64,000 nucleotides of DNA from Methanomassiliicoccales archaeon (GTDB lineage: Archaea > Thermoplasmatota > Thermoplasmata > Methanomassiliicoccales > UBA472), in the NCBI GenBank assembly GCA_035527755.1, contig DATKZX010000002.1, positions 93,277 to 157,276 of the forward strand. The letters run 5' to 3'. This document shows, piece after piece, positions 1 to 8,199 of this stretch. The translations under genes were made by a program, and so were the position numbers. The notes under the pieces were generated by a model. It had not been told where the DNA came from. It searched no databases and saw nothing but the letters and a program-made list of their open reading frames with translations. Within the stretch, counting starts at the first letter, position 1. Every line of letters begins with the position of its first letter.

Positions 1-719
1 CTTCCCCGTTGAAGGTCCCCTTTTCGACCTAAACGGATAAGACCGATGTCGCTGCAACCGTAGATATCCGCACCTTCCAGGTCCGCCCCTTTCAGACCGG
101 GGGAGAGCATGTCGTCGGAGGTCATCTTATTGATGTCGTTCCCTGCCGCCAAAGGGCTGAAGGCCGGTAGAACCAGCACCCTTTCCTGGAAAAAATGCAG
201 GAAGGCTGGAAGCTTCAGATAACCGCCTATGCCGTCGAACAATCGTATGGAAGGATGTTCGTGCCCTTGTATCAAAGGTCTTTCGGTCACCGCGGTGTGC
301 CCGTGCACCAGGTGATAACCGTCCAGCTCCAACCTGTCAACCAGGTCCAGACCCAGGCGGGAGGTTATGTTGGCCAGAAAGTTATCATGATTGCCCCGGA
401 CCACGGTCACCTGGGCCAACGAACCGAGGTACTCCAACATACCCCGTACCTCCCGCCACTCCTCGTCCAGATTGCGGGAGAACTCATGCTTGAGGTCTCC
501 CAGCACCACGATCCGTTTAGGATGGTGGTCCTCTATGATCGATTCGATCCTCTGTCTCATCGTCAGGCTTTGAGCCCGGGGTAGCTGCAAACCTTCCAGT
601 TCCAAGCTGGCCTCGACGCCCAGGTGAAGATCTCCCAGGATCAAGGTATCTGAAGAGCTAAGAATTGCGCAGCGGTCGTTGGTGATCAGCAATCCCGGAG
701 CGATCTCGAGTTGGCGCAT
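1..719 (-). CDS. metallophosphoesterase (calcineurin-like fold, archaeal ICC/SbcD-like), C-terminus cut by the window edge
   Basis: Hand translation of the minus strand from ATG at 719-717 gives MRQLEIAPGLL..TLILGDLHLG..RIVVLGDLKHEF..VTVVRGNHDNF..GYHLVHGH..QGHEHPS. These are the ordered DxH / GD / GNHD / H / GH metal-ligand motifs. The frame is open to position 1, so it is absent from the ORF track. The + ORFs 195..584 and 391..573 are its antisense shadows. Confidence 0.8.
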   Translation of the reverse strand, partial: MRQLEIAPGLLITNDRCAILSSSDTLILGDLHLGVEASLELEGLQLPRAQSLTMRQRIESIIEDHHPKRIVVLGDLKHEFSRNLDEEWREVRGMLEYLGSLAQVTVVRGNHDNFLANITSRLGLDLVDRLELDGYHLVHGHTAVTERPLIQGHEHPSIRLFDGIGGYLKLPAFLHFFQERVLVLPAFSPLAAGNDINKMTSDDMLSPGLKGADLEGADIYGCSDIGLIRLGRKGDLQRG

Positions 720-815
720 TCATCGATGTCAAGGGTGGATGAGGATATCAACCCCTCCTACACTTTCAGTGGCGGTTACAAAACAATATTATATGGCCAG
801 TCCGCTGATTGGACG

Positions 816-1580
816 ATGATCAAGCGCACCTTCCTGCATCTATCAGGCATTGGACAAGTGAAGGAGCGCCGATTATGGGAGAGTGGAGTGCTATCCTGGG
901 AGGAATTCATCCAAAGGGATAGCGTAGAGGGCGTATCCTCCAAACGAAAGACGGTGATGGACCAGGAGCTGGAGGCCTCCTCGGAATGTTGGGAACGGGG
1001 TCAGACCGAATATTTCTGCAAACTGTTGCCTAGCGGGCAGCATTGGCGCATGTTCCAACGATTGAAGGAGGACGCGGCTTACCTGGACATCGAGACCAAT
1101 GGACTGGGGCCGTGGGCGATCATCACCATGATATCAGTTCACCGGGGTGAGAAGACCACCACCCTGATCCGAGGGCAGGACCTTGACGTGGATTCTGTCC
1201 GACGTTCCTTGGAGGGAGCCAAGATGATGGTCACCTTCAATGGAAGCACGTTCGATCTGCCGATGATCGAACGGGAGTTCCCTTTCGCCGTACCCAGGGT
1301 TCCGCACTATGACCTAAGGCACGCTTGCCCCAAGGTCGGTCTGCGTGGAGGACTGAAGCACGTGGAGGTGGAACTGGGCTATCGTCGTCCGCAGGAGATA
1401 GAATACGTGACCGGCGAGGAAGCGGTATACCTCTGGCGATTGTGGGAGAAAAAGGGCAGTGAGAACGCTCTCAACCTTTTACGTCGCTATAATCAAGAGG
1501 ACACCAGGAACCTCGTGCCCATAGCCGAGACGGTATACCGGCTTTTAACGGAGAAGGTGCTAAAGGAGTGCTCGCTGTGA
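816..1580 (+). CDS. RNase H-fold (YprB / RNase_H_2-like) predicted 3'-5' exonuclease
   Basis: ORF 711..1580 carries AYLDIETNG..MVTFNGSTFDLPMIE..RYNQEDTRNL, a DEDD-like pattern. I moved the start to ATG 816 because TTG 711 would overlap the divergent gene's start. A TATA-like aatattatat lies at 786-795. Confidence 0.7.
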   Translation: MIKRTFLHLSGIGQVKERRLWESGVLSWEEFIQRDSVEGVSSKRKTVMDQELEASSECWERGQTEYFCKLLPSGQHWRMFQRLKEDAAYLDIETNGLGPWAIITMISVHRGEKTTTLIRGQDLDVDSVRRSLEGAKMMVTFNGSTFDLPMIEREFPFAVPRVPHYDLRHACPKVGLRGGLKHVEVELGYRRPQEIEYVTGEEAVYLWRLWEKKGSENALNLLRRYNQEDTRNLVPIAETVYRLLTEKVLKECSL

Positions 1581-3136
1581 CCGAGGACCTGGAAGGATTC
1601 CTGAGAAGGGCCAAACATCTGTCCGAGGTGATATCATCGGCAAGATCCGTGGTCGTTGTCTCCCATATCGACGCTGATGGTATATCCTCAGCCGCCATAG
1701 CGAAGCGGGCACTGGAAAGGCTGGATCTACCCCATCGTGTACAATTCGTGCGTTCCTTGGGAGAAGGGGAGATCGAGGCCATCTCAAAGATGCGTGAGGA
1801 TGTGATATGGATATGCGATCTCGGCACAGGACCTTGTCAAAGGATCTCCGATCGCAAATGCGTCATCACCGACCATCATCAGATCTTCGGACCTGGGCAA
1901 TCCAGTCTTGAACTGTTCGGAGATATGGACCACATGTTGAACCCTCTGCTGTTCGGCATGGAAGGGTCCACACAACTGAGCGGGGCGGGGAACACCTACT
2001 TCGTAGCCAGGGAGCTGGATGAGCGAAACCTGGACCTGGCATATCTGGCAGTGGTGGGAGCGGTGGGGGATATGCAGGACCGTAGCGCCAGGAAATTGGG
2101 GGGGCCCTTGCATTCGTTGGTGATCAAGGACGCCGAGTCCCGCGGCGACCTAGAGGTGGTGACCAACGAACTGCAGTTCTTCGGTTGGGTGACGAGGTCG
2201 GCAGCGGCCATGCTGGCCTTCTCCAATGATCTTAAGGCCATCGGGTTTTCAGACACCATCAAAGAAGTGTCTTCCCTGTTCTATCGGTCCGGGATCATCT
2301 TGAAACGCAGCAGCTCGCAATCCGCTGGTCGTTCAGGAGACCGAGGATTCGAATGGCGCAGCTGGTCGGAACTGACCCAGGAAGAAAGGAACACCATGAA
2401 GGTGGCATTAAGGGACCGTCTAGGTGAGATCGGGCTCGACCGCAACGCCTTGGATGGCCTGTTAGGTGAAGTATACCTCTTTCCGAACCACCCCAGTGGT
2501 TCGCCGACCCGGGAGGCCAAAGAGTTCGCCACCCTGTTGAACGCCTCCGGACGTTACGTACTGACGAACGATGGCCAGGGAGAGGAGGAGAGAGGAGACC
2601 TCATCATCAACGTATGCCTGAACCCTAAGGTCTATTCGGAGAAGGCCCTGGAGAACGTGAACAACCATCGGGTCAACATCCGCGAAGGCATGAAGGAGGT
2701 TCACAGGGTGGAACAGATGACCAACATCCAATACCTCCTGCCGAAGAGGAAGAACAGCTTTTGCCTGAAGGTCAACGATACGATCCTGGGGATAATCACC
2801 GGCATGGTCCTGGACCAGAAGAGAGGGGGTGAAATATTGGAGATGGACATCTCGAAACCCTTGGTGGCATTAGCTGAAAAGGAGGGCTCCGGAGGAAAGA
2901 GCGGTGATCCGGTCGTGAAGGTCTCCAGCAGGATGAGCCGGGAACTATTGCAAAAGGGAATCAATCTGAGCAGTGCCATCGGTCATGCGGCCCGTATCGT
3001 AGGTGGCGATGGGGGCGGCCACGATGTCGCCGCCGGGGCCAACATCCCCCAGAAACAGATATCAAGGTTCCTGAAGGCCTTGGACGATGAGGTGGGAGAA
3101 CAGGTCTCCCGATTCAACCCATCAAAGCGACCATGA
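1568..3136 (+). CDS. DHH/DHHA1 family phosphoesterase, archaeal RecJ-like nuclease
   Basis: 522 aa with VVVSHIDADGISS, VITDHHQ (DHH motif) and a C-terminal GGDGGGHDVAAGANI (DHHA1 GGGH motif). The GTG start overlaps the upstream stop by 13 nt, so the two genes look like an operon. Confidence 0.8.
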   Translation: MLAVTEDLEGFLRRAKHLSEVISSARSVVVVSHIDADGISSAAIAKRALERLDLPHRVQFVRSLGEGEIEAISKMREDVIWICDLGTGPCQRISDRKCVITDHHQIFGPGQSSLELFGDMDHMLNPLLFGMEGSTQLSGAGNTYFVARELDERNLDLAYLAVVGAVGDMQDRSARKLGGPLHSLVIKDAESRGDLEVVTNELQFFGWVTRSAAAMLAFSNDLKAIGFSDTIKEVSSLFYRSGIILKRSSSQSAGRSGDRGFEWRSWSELTQEERNTMKVALRDRLGEIGLDRNALDGLLGEVYLFPNHPSGSPTREAKEFATLLNASGRYVLTNDGQGEEERGDLIINVCLNPKVYSEKALENVNNHRVNIREGMKEVHRVEQMTNIQYLLPKRKNSFCLKVNDTILGIITGMVLDQKRGGEILEMDISKPLVALAEKEGSGGKSGDPVVKVSSRMSRELLQKGINLSSAIGHAARIVGGDGGGHDVAAGANIPQKQISRFLKALDDEVGEQVSRFNPSKRP

Positions 3137-4034
3137 TGGCCTTCTGTGCGTGCAACCGATTCTCAGCTTGGTCCAGCACGACACTGCGCTCGCTGTCGAT
3201 GACCTCGTCGGTTATTTCCATGCCCCGGTGGGCCGGCAGACAGTGCATGACGATGGCCTTCGGATCGGCCACGGACATCAGGTCGGCGTTGACCTGATAG
3301 GGTTTGAAGATCTGTTCGCGCATGCGCGATTGCTCCTCCTGCCCCATTGAGACCCAGACGTCGGTATATACCACATCGGCGCCCTTAGCGGCCTCTTTTG
3401 CTGATTCCGTGATCTTCAGGCTGCACCCGTTCGCCTTGGCGATCTCCTTGGCCTTCTCGGTGACACCTGCATCCGGTTCGTATCCCTTGGGACAGCCGCA
3501 TGCCAGGTCCATGCCCACCATGGCACAGCCTAACATCAGGGAGTTGCAGACATTGTTGCCATCGCCGACATAGGCCATCTTGATCCCCTTCAGACGACCG
3601 AAGCGTTCCTTGACGGTCAGGAGGTCGGCCATGATCTGACAGGGATGCTCGAAATTGTCCAGGCCGTTGATCACTGGCACCGTGGCGTACTTGGCCAGTT
3701 CCAAGACCATGCTGTGCTCGAAAGCGCGATACATGATACCGTCGACGTAGCGGGAGAGCACGCGGGCGGTGTCAGCCACCGTCTCCCCGCGACCCATCTG
3801 CAGGTCCTTGGTGTTCAAAGTGACGGCGAAACCACCCAGCTCGATCATTCCCACTTCGAATGATACCCGGGTGCGGGTGGAGGACTTCTCAAAGATCATG
3901 GCCAATGTCTGACCTTTCAATGGGGCCATCTCCTCGTACCTCCGCTTCTTCATGTCCTCAGCCACCTCCAGTATGTCCAGGATATCATCCTGGACGTCCA
4001 GCATCGAAATCATATCTCGCTTCATCACTTGCAC
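3114..4034 (-). CDS. argF: ornithine carbamoyltransferase
   Basis: 306 aa with FEKSSTRTRVSFE, HPCQ, GDGNNVCNS and HCLPA motifs. The start is GTG 4034 or ATG 4025. Confidence 0.93.
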   Translation of the reverse strand: MQVMKRDMISMLDVQDDILDILEVAEDMKKRRYEEMAPLKGQTLAMIFEKSSTRTRVSFEVGMIELGGFAVTLNTKDLQMGRGETVADTARVLSRYVDGIMYRAFEHSMVLELAKYATVPVINGLDNFEHPCQIMADLLTVKERFGRLKGIKMAYVGDGNNVCNSLMLGCAMVGMDLACGCPKGYEPDAGVTEKAKEIAKANGCSLKITESAKEAAKGADVVYTDVWVSMGQEEQSRMREQIFKPYQVNADLMSVADPKAIVMHCLPAHRGMEITDEVIDSERSVVLDQAENRLHAQKAIMVALMG

Positions 4035-4055
4035 CGTTTTTCAAATTCACCGCAG

Positions 4056-4072
4056 CGATAATATTGTTATCG
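4056..4072. promoter_or_regulatory. inverted repeat CGATAA-TATTG-TTATCG overlapping the TATA-like element of the argF promoter
   Basis: Perfect 6-bp arms with an AT-rich 5-nt core, 22-47 nt upstream of the two candidate argF starts on the minus strand. Confidence 0.4.
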
Positions 4073-4157
4073 GCAGGAGTTCGTATGAATGAGACCTCGA
4101 TGATAAAAGGGATGATGGGAAAATGACAAAAAAGGGGTTTATTGTCCAGTCATGGTA

Positions 4158-5051
4158 CTATTTCCTTTTTTTATCAGCCATCAGTACGGCGAGGGAATTG
4201 AGTATAAGACCCGCCACGCCCATTAAGCCTCCTACCAGGAGCAGACCAAGCGCGGCTATGGACTGGGTCAAAAGGGCCCACTGGAAAATAACTATTGTGT
4301 CCAGCCAGGTGAATAGACCGAGTACTAGACCGATAAGAGTCAGCATTCCCCCGGGAACGCCGAAGAGCAGCAATGGGCGGCGATATCCTATGAAGCCTAC
4401 CACATCACTAAAGACAGATATACCGTGCCTGAAAGGGCTCATCTTGTGTCCGTTTGGAACGTCGTAACGAACAGAGATCGGTACTTCCTCTATTTTGAGA
4501 CCCATCTCATTGAAGCGCATGATCATCTCTGATTCAACGCTGAATGGCGATAGGGAGAAGTTCATTTGCTTAAGCGCCTTTAAGCTGAACGCCCGATAAC
4601 CACTCTGGCTGTCGGATATATTTGTCCCCGAAGAAATGTTAGTGGCTCGATCGAGGATCTTCTGTCCGGTACGACGATAAGTGGGGATGCCATCATTCCC
4701 GTTCTGAAAACGCGAACCGATGACCATGTCCGCTTTGCCTTGAAGCACTGGCCCAGCCAGATTGGGAATCTCTACTGGGTCCAACTGCATGTCCCCGTCG
4801 ATGGTGACCACGCAATCAGGTTCCAATTCAAGACATCTTAAAAAGCCCACCACCAAGGCTTTTGCCTTGCCTCTGTTCTTGGGCATTGGAATTACCTCTG
4901 CGCCTGCCAGCTGGGCCACGAGACTGGTTCGGTCGGTAGAACCGTCATCCACTACGATCACATGCTCCGCGAATCGCCGGCTGAGAGTCACCACTGTGGC
5001 GATGGCTATCTCCTCATTGAAGGCCGGTATCAGGACCACTATCTTGGGCAT
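4158..5051 (-). CDS. family 2 glycosyltransferase (dolichyl-phosphate sugar synthase-like) with C-terminal TM helices
   Basis: IVVLIPAFNEE..VIVVDDGSTDRT..TIDGDMQ pattern, followed by a hydrophobic C-terminal tail. Confidence 0.85.
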   Translation of the reverse strand: MPKIVVLIPAFNEEIAIATVVTLSRRFAEHVIVVDDGSTDRTSLVAQLAGAEVIPMPKNRGKAKALVVGFLRCLELEPDCVVTIDGDMQLDPVEIPNLAGPVLQGKADMVIGSRFQNGNDGIPTYRRTGQKILDRATNISSGTNISDSQSGYRAFSLKALKQMNFSLSPFSVESEMIMRFNEMGLKIEEVPISVRYDVPNGHKMSPFRHGISVFSDVVGFIGYRRPLLLFGVPGGMLTLIGLVLGLFTWLDTIVIFQWALLTQSIAALGLLLVGGLMGVAGLILNSLAVLMADKKRK

Positions 5052-5115
5052 GCTTTTTGAGTGTAGCCGTCCCCTTTGATTAAATGGTATCGCTTGAATT
5101 CTTGTTGTCGTTAGA

Positions 5116-5916
5116 TTATGGTAAAAGGTTGTAACCGAAAGGAATGAAGGAGAAAAGGAAGAAATTCAGCATACCGTGCATCAAAGCGACCAACCCCAAG
5201 CTGCCGGTCCTTTCGTAAGCGTAACCCAGTGTTAGACCGACGCCGAATACGAAGAACAGGTAGATTATGCTTTGATAGCCAGAGTGCATGACGGCGAAAA
5301 GCAGGGCGGACAGGATTATCGCTACCAACCTACCGTATTCCGGCGCCACGGCGCTCTGGAACAGGGCACGGAAGATCAGCTCCTCACCGAAACCCACGAA
5401 CACCACCATGATCAGGAGGAGGAACGAAAGGTCTCTGAATCCCAGGTCCGGCACCAGCGCTTCGTTGCCCAGTACCAAGAACTCCATGTTTGACAACAGA
5501 AAACCGAAGATGATGGCATAGAGGAGGTATTCCCATCTCCATTGCACATTTGGACGCAGCCCATGACCGTTGAGGAATCGAACCAGATTTCGCGGATGAA
5601 ATCTTCCCGCGTCAACTACGCACTGCCTCCATATGATGTAGCCAGCCAGTATGATCGGTCCATAGATGAACGGCAACCAATATAGTGTCCAGGTGAAAAA
5701 TATGGGCATGCCGACGTTCAACACCCTCAGCAATGATATGAGGGCGAACGCCTGGTAAAGCATCATGCGTTTTTCCACCCAGATCGGGAGCAGAATGCAT
5801 AGGAATATGTTCAAAGCATGCAGGCTCAGGCTGGCTTCTATTTGAGAGGTGAAAAGAAAGGCCTCCGCCAAGGCTATAAGTAATATTGGGAACAAAAGTC
5901 CAGCCTTGTACCGCAT
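5116..5916 (-). CDS. CPBP (CAAX/Abi) family intramembrane glutamic endopeptidase
   Basis: Polytopic protein with GFGEELIFRALF, FAVMHSGY and ALMHGMLNF motifs. Confidence 0.85.
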   Translation of the reverse strand: MRYKAGLLFPILLIALAEAFLFTSQIEASLSLHALNIFLCILLPIWVEKRMMLYQAFALISLLRVLNVGMPIFFTWTLYWLPFIYGPIILAGYIIWRQCVVDAGRFHPRNLVRFLNGHGLRPNVQWRWEYLLYAIIFGFLLSNMEFLVLGNEALVPDLGFRDLSFLLLIMVVFVGFGEELIFRALFQSAVAPEYGRLVAIILSALLFAVMHSGYQSIIYLFFVFGVGLTLGYAYERTGSLGLVALMHGMLNFFLFSFIPFGYNLLP

Positions 5917-6177
5917 CCATCGGTCAATGAGTGCGGATATTTATGAACTATCGTCTGGTCGTGAGAGAAAAAAATAAAAAAAGGAGGACTGTCTACCATG
6001 ATTTGGACGTTTAGGCCCTTACGAAAATTATGTTGCCGTGAACGATTACGTAGTTAGGATTTCCGAACTTTTTCTTCATTGATATCACCTCTTTAGTGAG
6101 TTCTTACCGTTATAATCTCATTTGAGCGATATTTGAAATAATATTTAAGCATTACTTTTATACTAAGACGTTAAAAA

Positions 6178-6768
6178 ATGATTTTAGTGGTGAACATGAC
6201 CGAAATAGACGTCGAACAATTGAAGGTACTGTCGGACCCCAATCGGCTGGCCATCCTCTCGCTGCTAACGATGCGAGAATTGACCACCACCATGGTATCT
6301 AATCTGCTGGGACTTAGCGTGCAGAACTCTCAATATCACCTCAAGAAACTGCTGGAGGCCGAACTCATCGTGCCCACCCGTACTGAGCTGGTAGGGAACC
6401 TGATGGAAAAGTACTACCGCTCGGCGTTCGAACCGGGGATCATGGGCGATGCCGCCGGGGTCAGCAGCGTTGATATCTCGGAAAGACTGAACATCGTCTT
6501 CGCCGCCATGGGTGCCATCAAGGGAATATTGAATCGAGGAATTTCTGTCCTGGACGAGCGGAAGGATTATTTTATTAATGTCGCCGATAGACCGAACTAC
6601 CCTTTCGGGGCTAACTACGTGATCATTCCGGTCAATGACCGTTCCTGTCAGGAAGCGGAGGAACTGATCTCCGATATGGACGACCGATTGAAAGAGCTGA
6701 CAGATAGGCACTCTGAGGAGGGCAAAGCCAAGTTCGCCATTTTGTACTCGGTCTTTCCGATCGAGTGA
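6178..6768 (+). CDS. ArsR-family winged-helix transcriptional regulator with C-terminal extension
   Basis: The N-terminus LKVLSDPNRLAILSLL..TTTMVSNLLGLSVQNSQYHLKKLLEAELI is a typical ArsR HTH. Confidence 0.8.
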   Translation: MILVVNMTEIDVEQLKVLSDPNRLAILSLLTMRELTTTMVSNLLGLSVQNSQYHLKKLLEAELIVPTRTELVGNLMEKYYRSAFEPGIMGDAAGVSSVDISERLNIVFAAMGAIKGILNRGISVLDERKDYFINVADRPNYPFGANYVIIPVNDRSCQEAEELISDMDDRLKELTDRHSEEGKAKFAILYSVFPIE

Positions 6769-6815
6769 GCATGGTAATATTTATTAAGCTGGAAGCATTC
6801 CAGAAATCCCAACAT

Positions 6816-6890
6816 GGCCGGGATGGGGTAGCCTGGTTATCCTGTGGGATTGTGGATCCCAGCACCCGCGTTCAAATCGCGGTCTCGGCC
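6816..6890 (+). tRNA. tRNA-His (anticodon GTG) with genome-encoded G-1, no encoded CCA
   Basis: Hand-folded cloverleaf. The acceptor stem is GCCGGGA/TCTCGGC with one G-T pair, and G-1 (6816) sits opposite C73 (6890). T8 is present. The anticodon arm is TGGGA-TTGTGGA-TCCCA and the T arm is CCGCG-TTCAAAT-CGCGG. The variable loop is 4 nt. A T-run, ttattttt, follows. Confidence 0.9.
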
Positions 6891-6899
6891 CCTTATTTT

Positions 6900-8069
6900 T
6901 CACTCCACCAACTCCAGTTCGCGTTCTAGTATGGCCTTCTGCTTTTCAGTGAGGGTCCGCGGGTCTGCGGTAAGTAATAGGATTGCATTCTCCACGATGA
7001 CATGGTCTCTTAACTGGCCGATGAATTTTAGCACCCGGGTCAGTTCATTGTTCACCAGCAGGAACTCCAAGCCTTCGATGGCGATGATCGAGTGGCCCTT
7101 GCGCATGAAATCGAGGGTCATATGGGTCAGCAACTGCAGGTTGCTGGGATCTATCCTGTCCGGCCCCGGGCTCTGTGCCAACCATATCAATGGCGTTTTT
7201 AAGAGATGGTAACGTGCCCTGAGCTGATCGGGATGGGTGCGGCAGATGATGAGGGCCGGTGTGCCCATCTCCATTTCCTGAAGCAAGGCCTGGAACATGC
7301 GATCGTTGTCCGACGCCTCGAACAGGTAGGCCCGACCGTGATGGAGCGGAGGGGATCTCACCGAGACCAGAGCGTTCTCCTGGACGCGTTTTACGGAGAA
7401 CAGATCATACTTGACGATGCCGAAGCCCAGAACCATGGTCGATACCAGCTCGGCCAGTCCGTATACCCGGGGGGTGTGGAACCCCCAGAGGTCCAACGAC
7501 CATATGAACAGCGTGAAGATCGCTGGGAAGGCCAAGGCGATGGTTAGCACCTGAGCCTGGACCTTTTGCACCTTGTTCTGGAGGTTACGGGTTTTTCTCA
7601 CCAACGATATGAAGAGAAGGATGATGAATGTCAGGAGCAGGATGGTCAACCAGATTATAGGCCAGAAGCTCCGGAACACCCAACCGAACTCGTCTTGTGA
7701 CAATGATTGTGCGCTGAGCGCTGAAACCAATGCTAGGACCAGTACGATCAAGACGTTCCACGACCACCGCTCCTTCAAGCGGGTCGTTCTCAGATCGTAG
7801 ATCACGACCGTGTTGAGATAATAGGCCGCGGCTAGTTTGATGACCGAAAAGAATATCAAGGCTTGGGCGACCAGCAAGGCCAATTCTGCCTGAGTGAGCT
7901 GTATCAACGCCGTATTCAGCAGGCTGCCTAAGGCTGCCAGCAGGGTGATTATCAGAAAGTAACGGTTCACCAGCGACCATTTTCCATGGTAGAACACATA
8001 GATGCCCAAAACCACCTCTAGAATGGCGATGATCGGGAAAATGATGATAGGGGTTGTCTGATCAATCAT
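6900..8069 (-). CDS. multi-pass membrane protein with cytoplasmic C-terminal DUF835 domain
   Basis: About 220 aa of repeated hydrophobic helices, then ALIICRTHPDQLRARY..PLIWLAQSPG..IDPSNLQLL..SIIAIEGLEFLLVNN..LLLTADPRTL, the DUF835 pattern. Confidence 0.75.
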   Translation of the reverse strand: MIDQTTPIIIFPIIAILEVVLGIYVFYHGKWSLVNRYFLIITLLAALGSLLNTALIQLTQAELALLVAQALIFFSVIKLAAAYYLNTVVIYDLRTTRLKERWSWNVLIVLVLALVSALSAQSLSQDEFGWVFRSFWPIIWLTILLLTFIILLFISLVRKTRNLQNKVQKVQAQVLTIALAFPAIFTLFIWSLDLWGFHTPRVYGLAELVSTMVLGFGIVKYDLFSVKRVQENALVSVRSPPLHHGRAYLFEASDNDRMFQALLQEMEMGTPALIICRTHPDQLRARYHLLKTPLIWLAQSPGPDRIDPSNLQLLTHMTLDFMRKGHSIIAIEGLEFLLVNNELTRVLKFIGQLRDHVIVENAILLLTADPRTLTEKQKAILERELELVE

Positions 8070-8199
8070 GACGATGAGCGGATATTGAACGTTCGAAGAC
8101 TAATAAGGATATTTTTTACTTTATCAAATATGGGAATGAGAGCATGGTTTCCTATAAATTAGGGAAGCTACATGAGTTGGCGAGATAGGAGGAAATGAA

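Noticed and set aside
195-584. The + strand ORFs 195..584 and 391..573 at the window start.
   Set aside because: They are antisense to a minus-strand frame that contains all the metallophosphoesterase metal-ligand motifs and is open to the window edge.
5941-5990. The A-rich tract aaaaaaataaaaaaagg considered as a possible slippery or poly-A signal.
   Set aside because: It lies in a divergent promoter spacer and is most simply an AT-rich promoter or terminator element (a T-run on the minus strand). No coding frame crosses it.
6816-8069. tRNA-His as an integration hotspot marking a genomic island.
   Set aside because: There is no integrase, no duplicated tRNA 3' fragment and no compositional shift on either side. 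The flanking genes are ordinary chromosomal genes.
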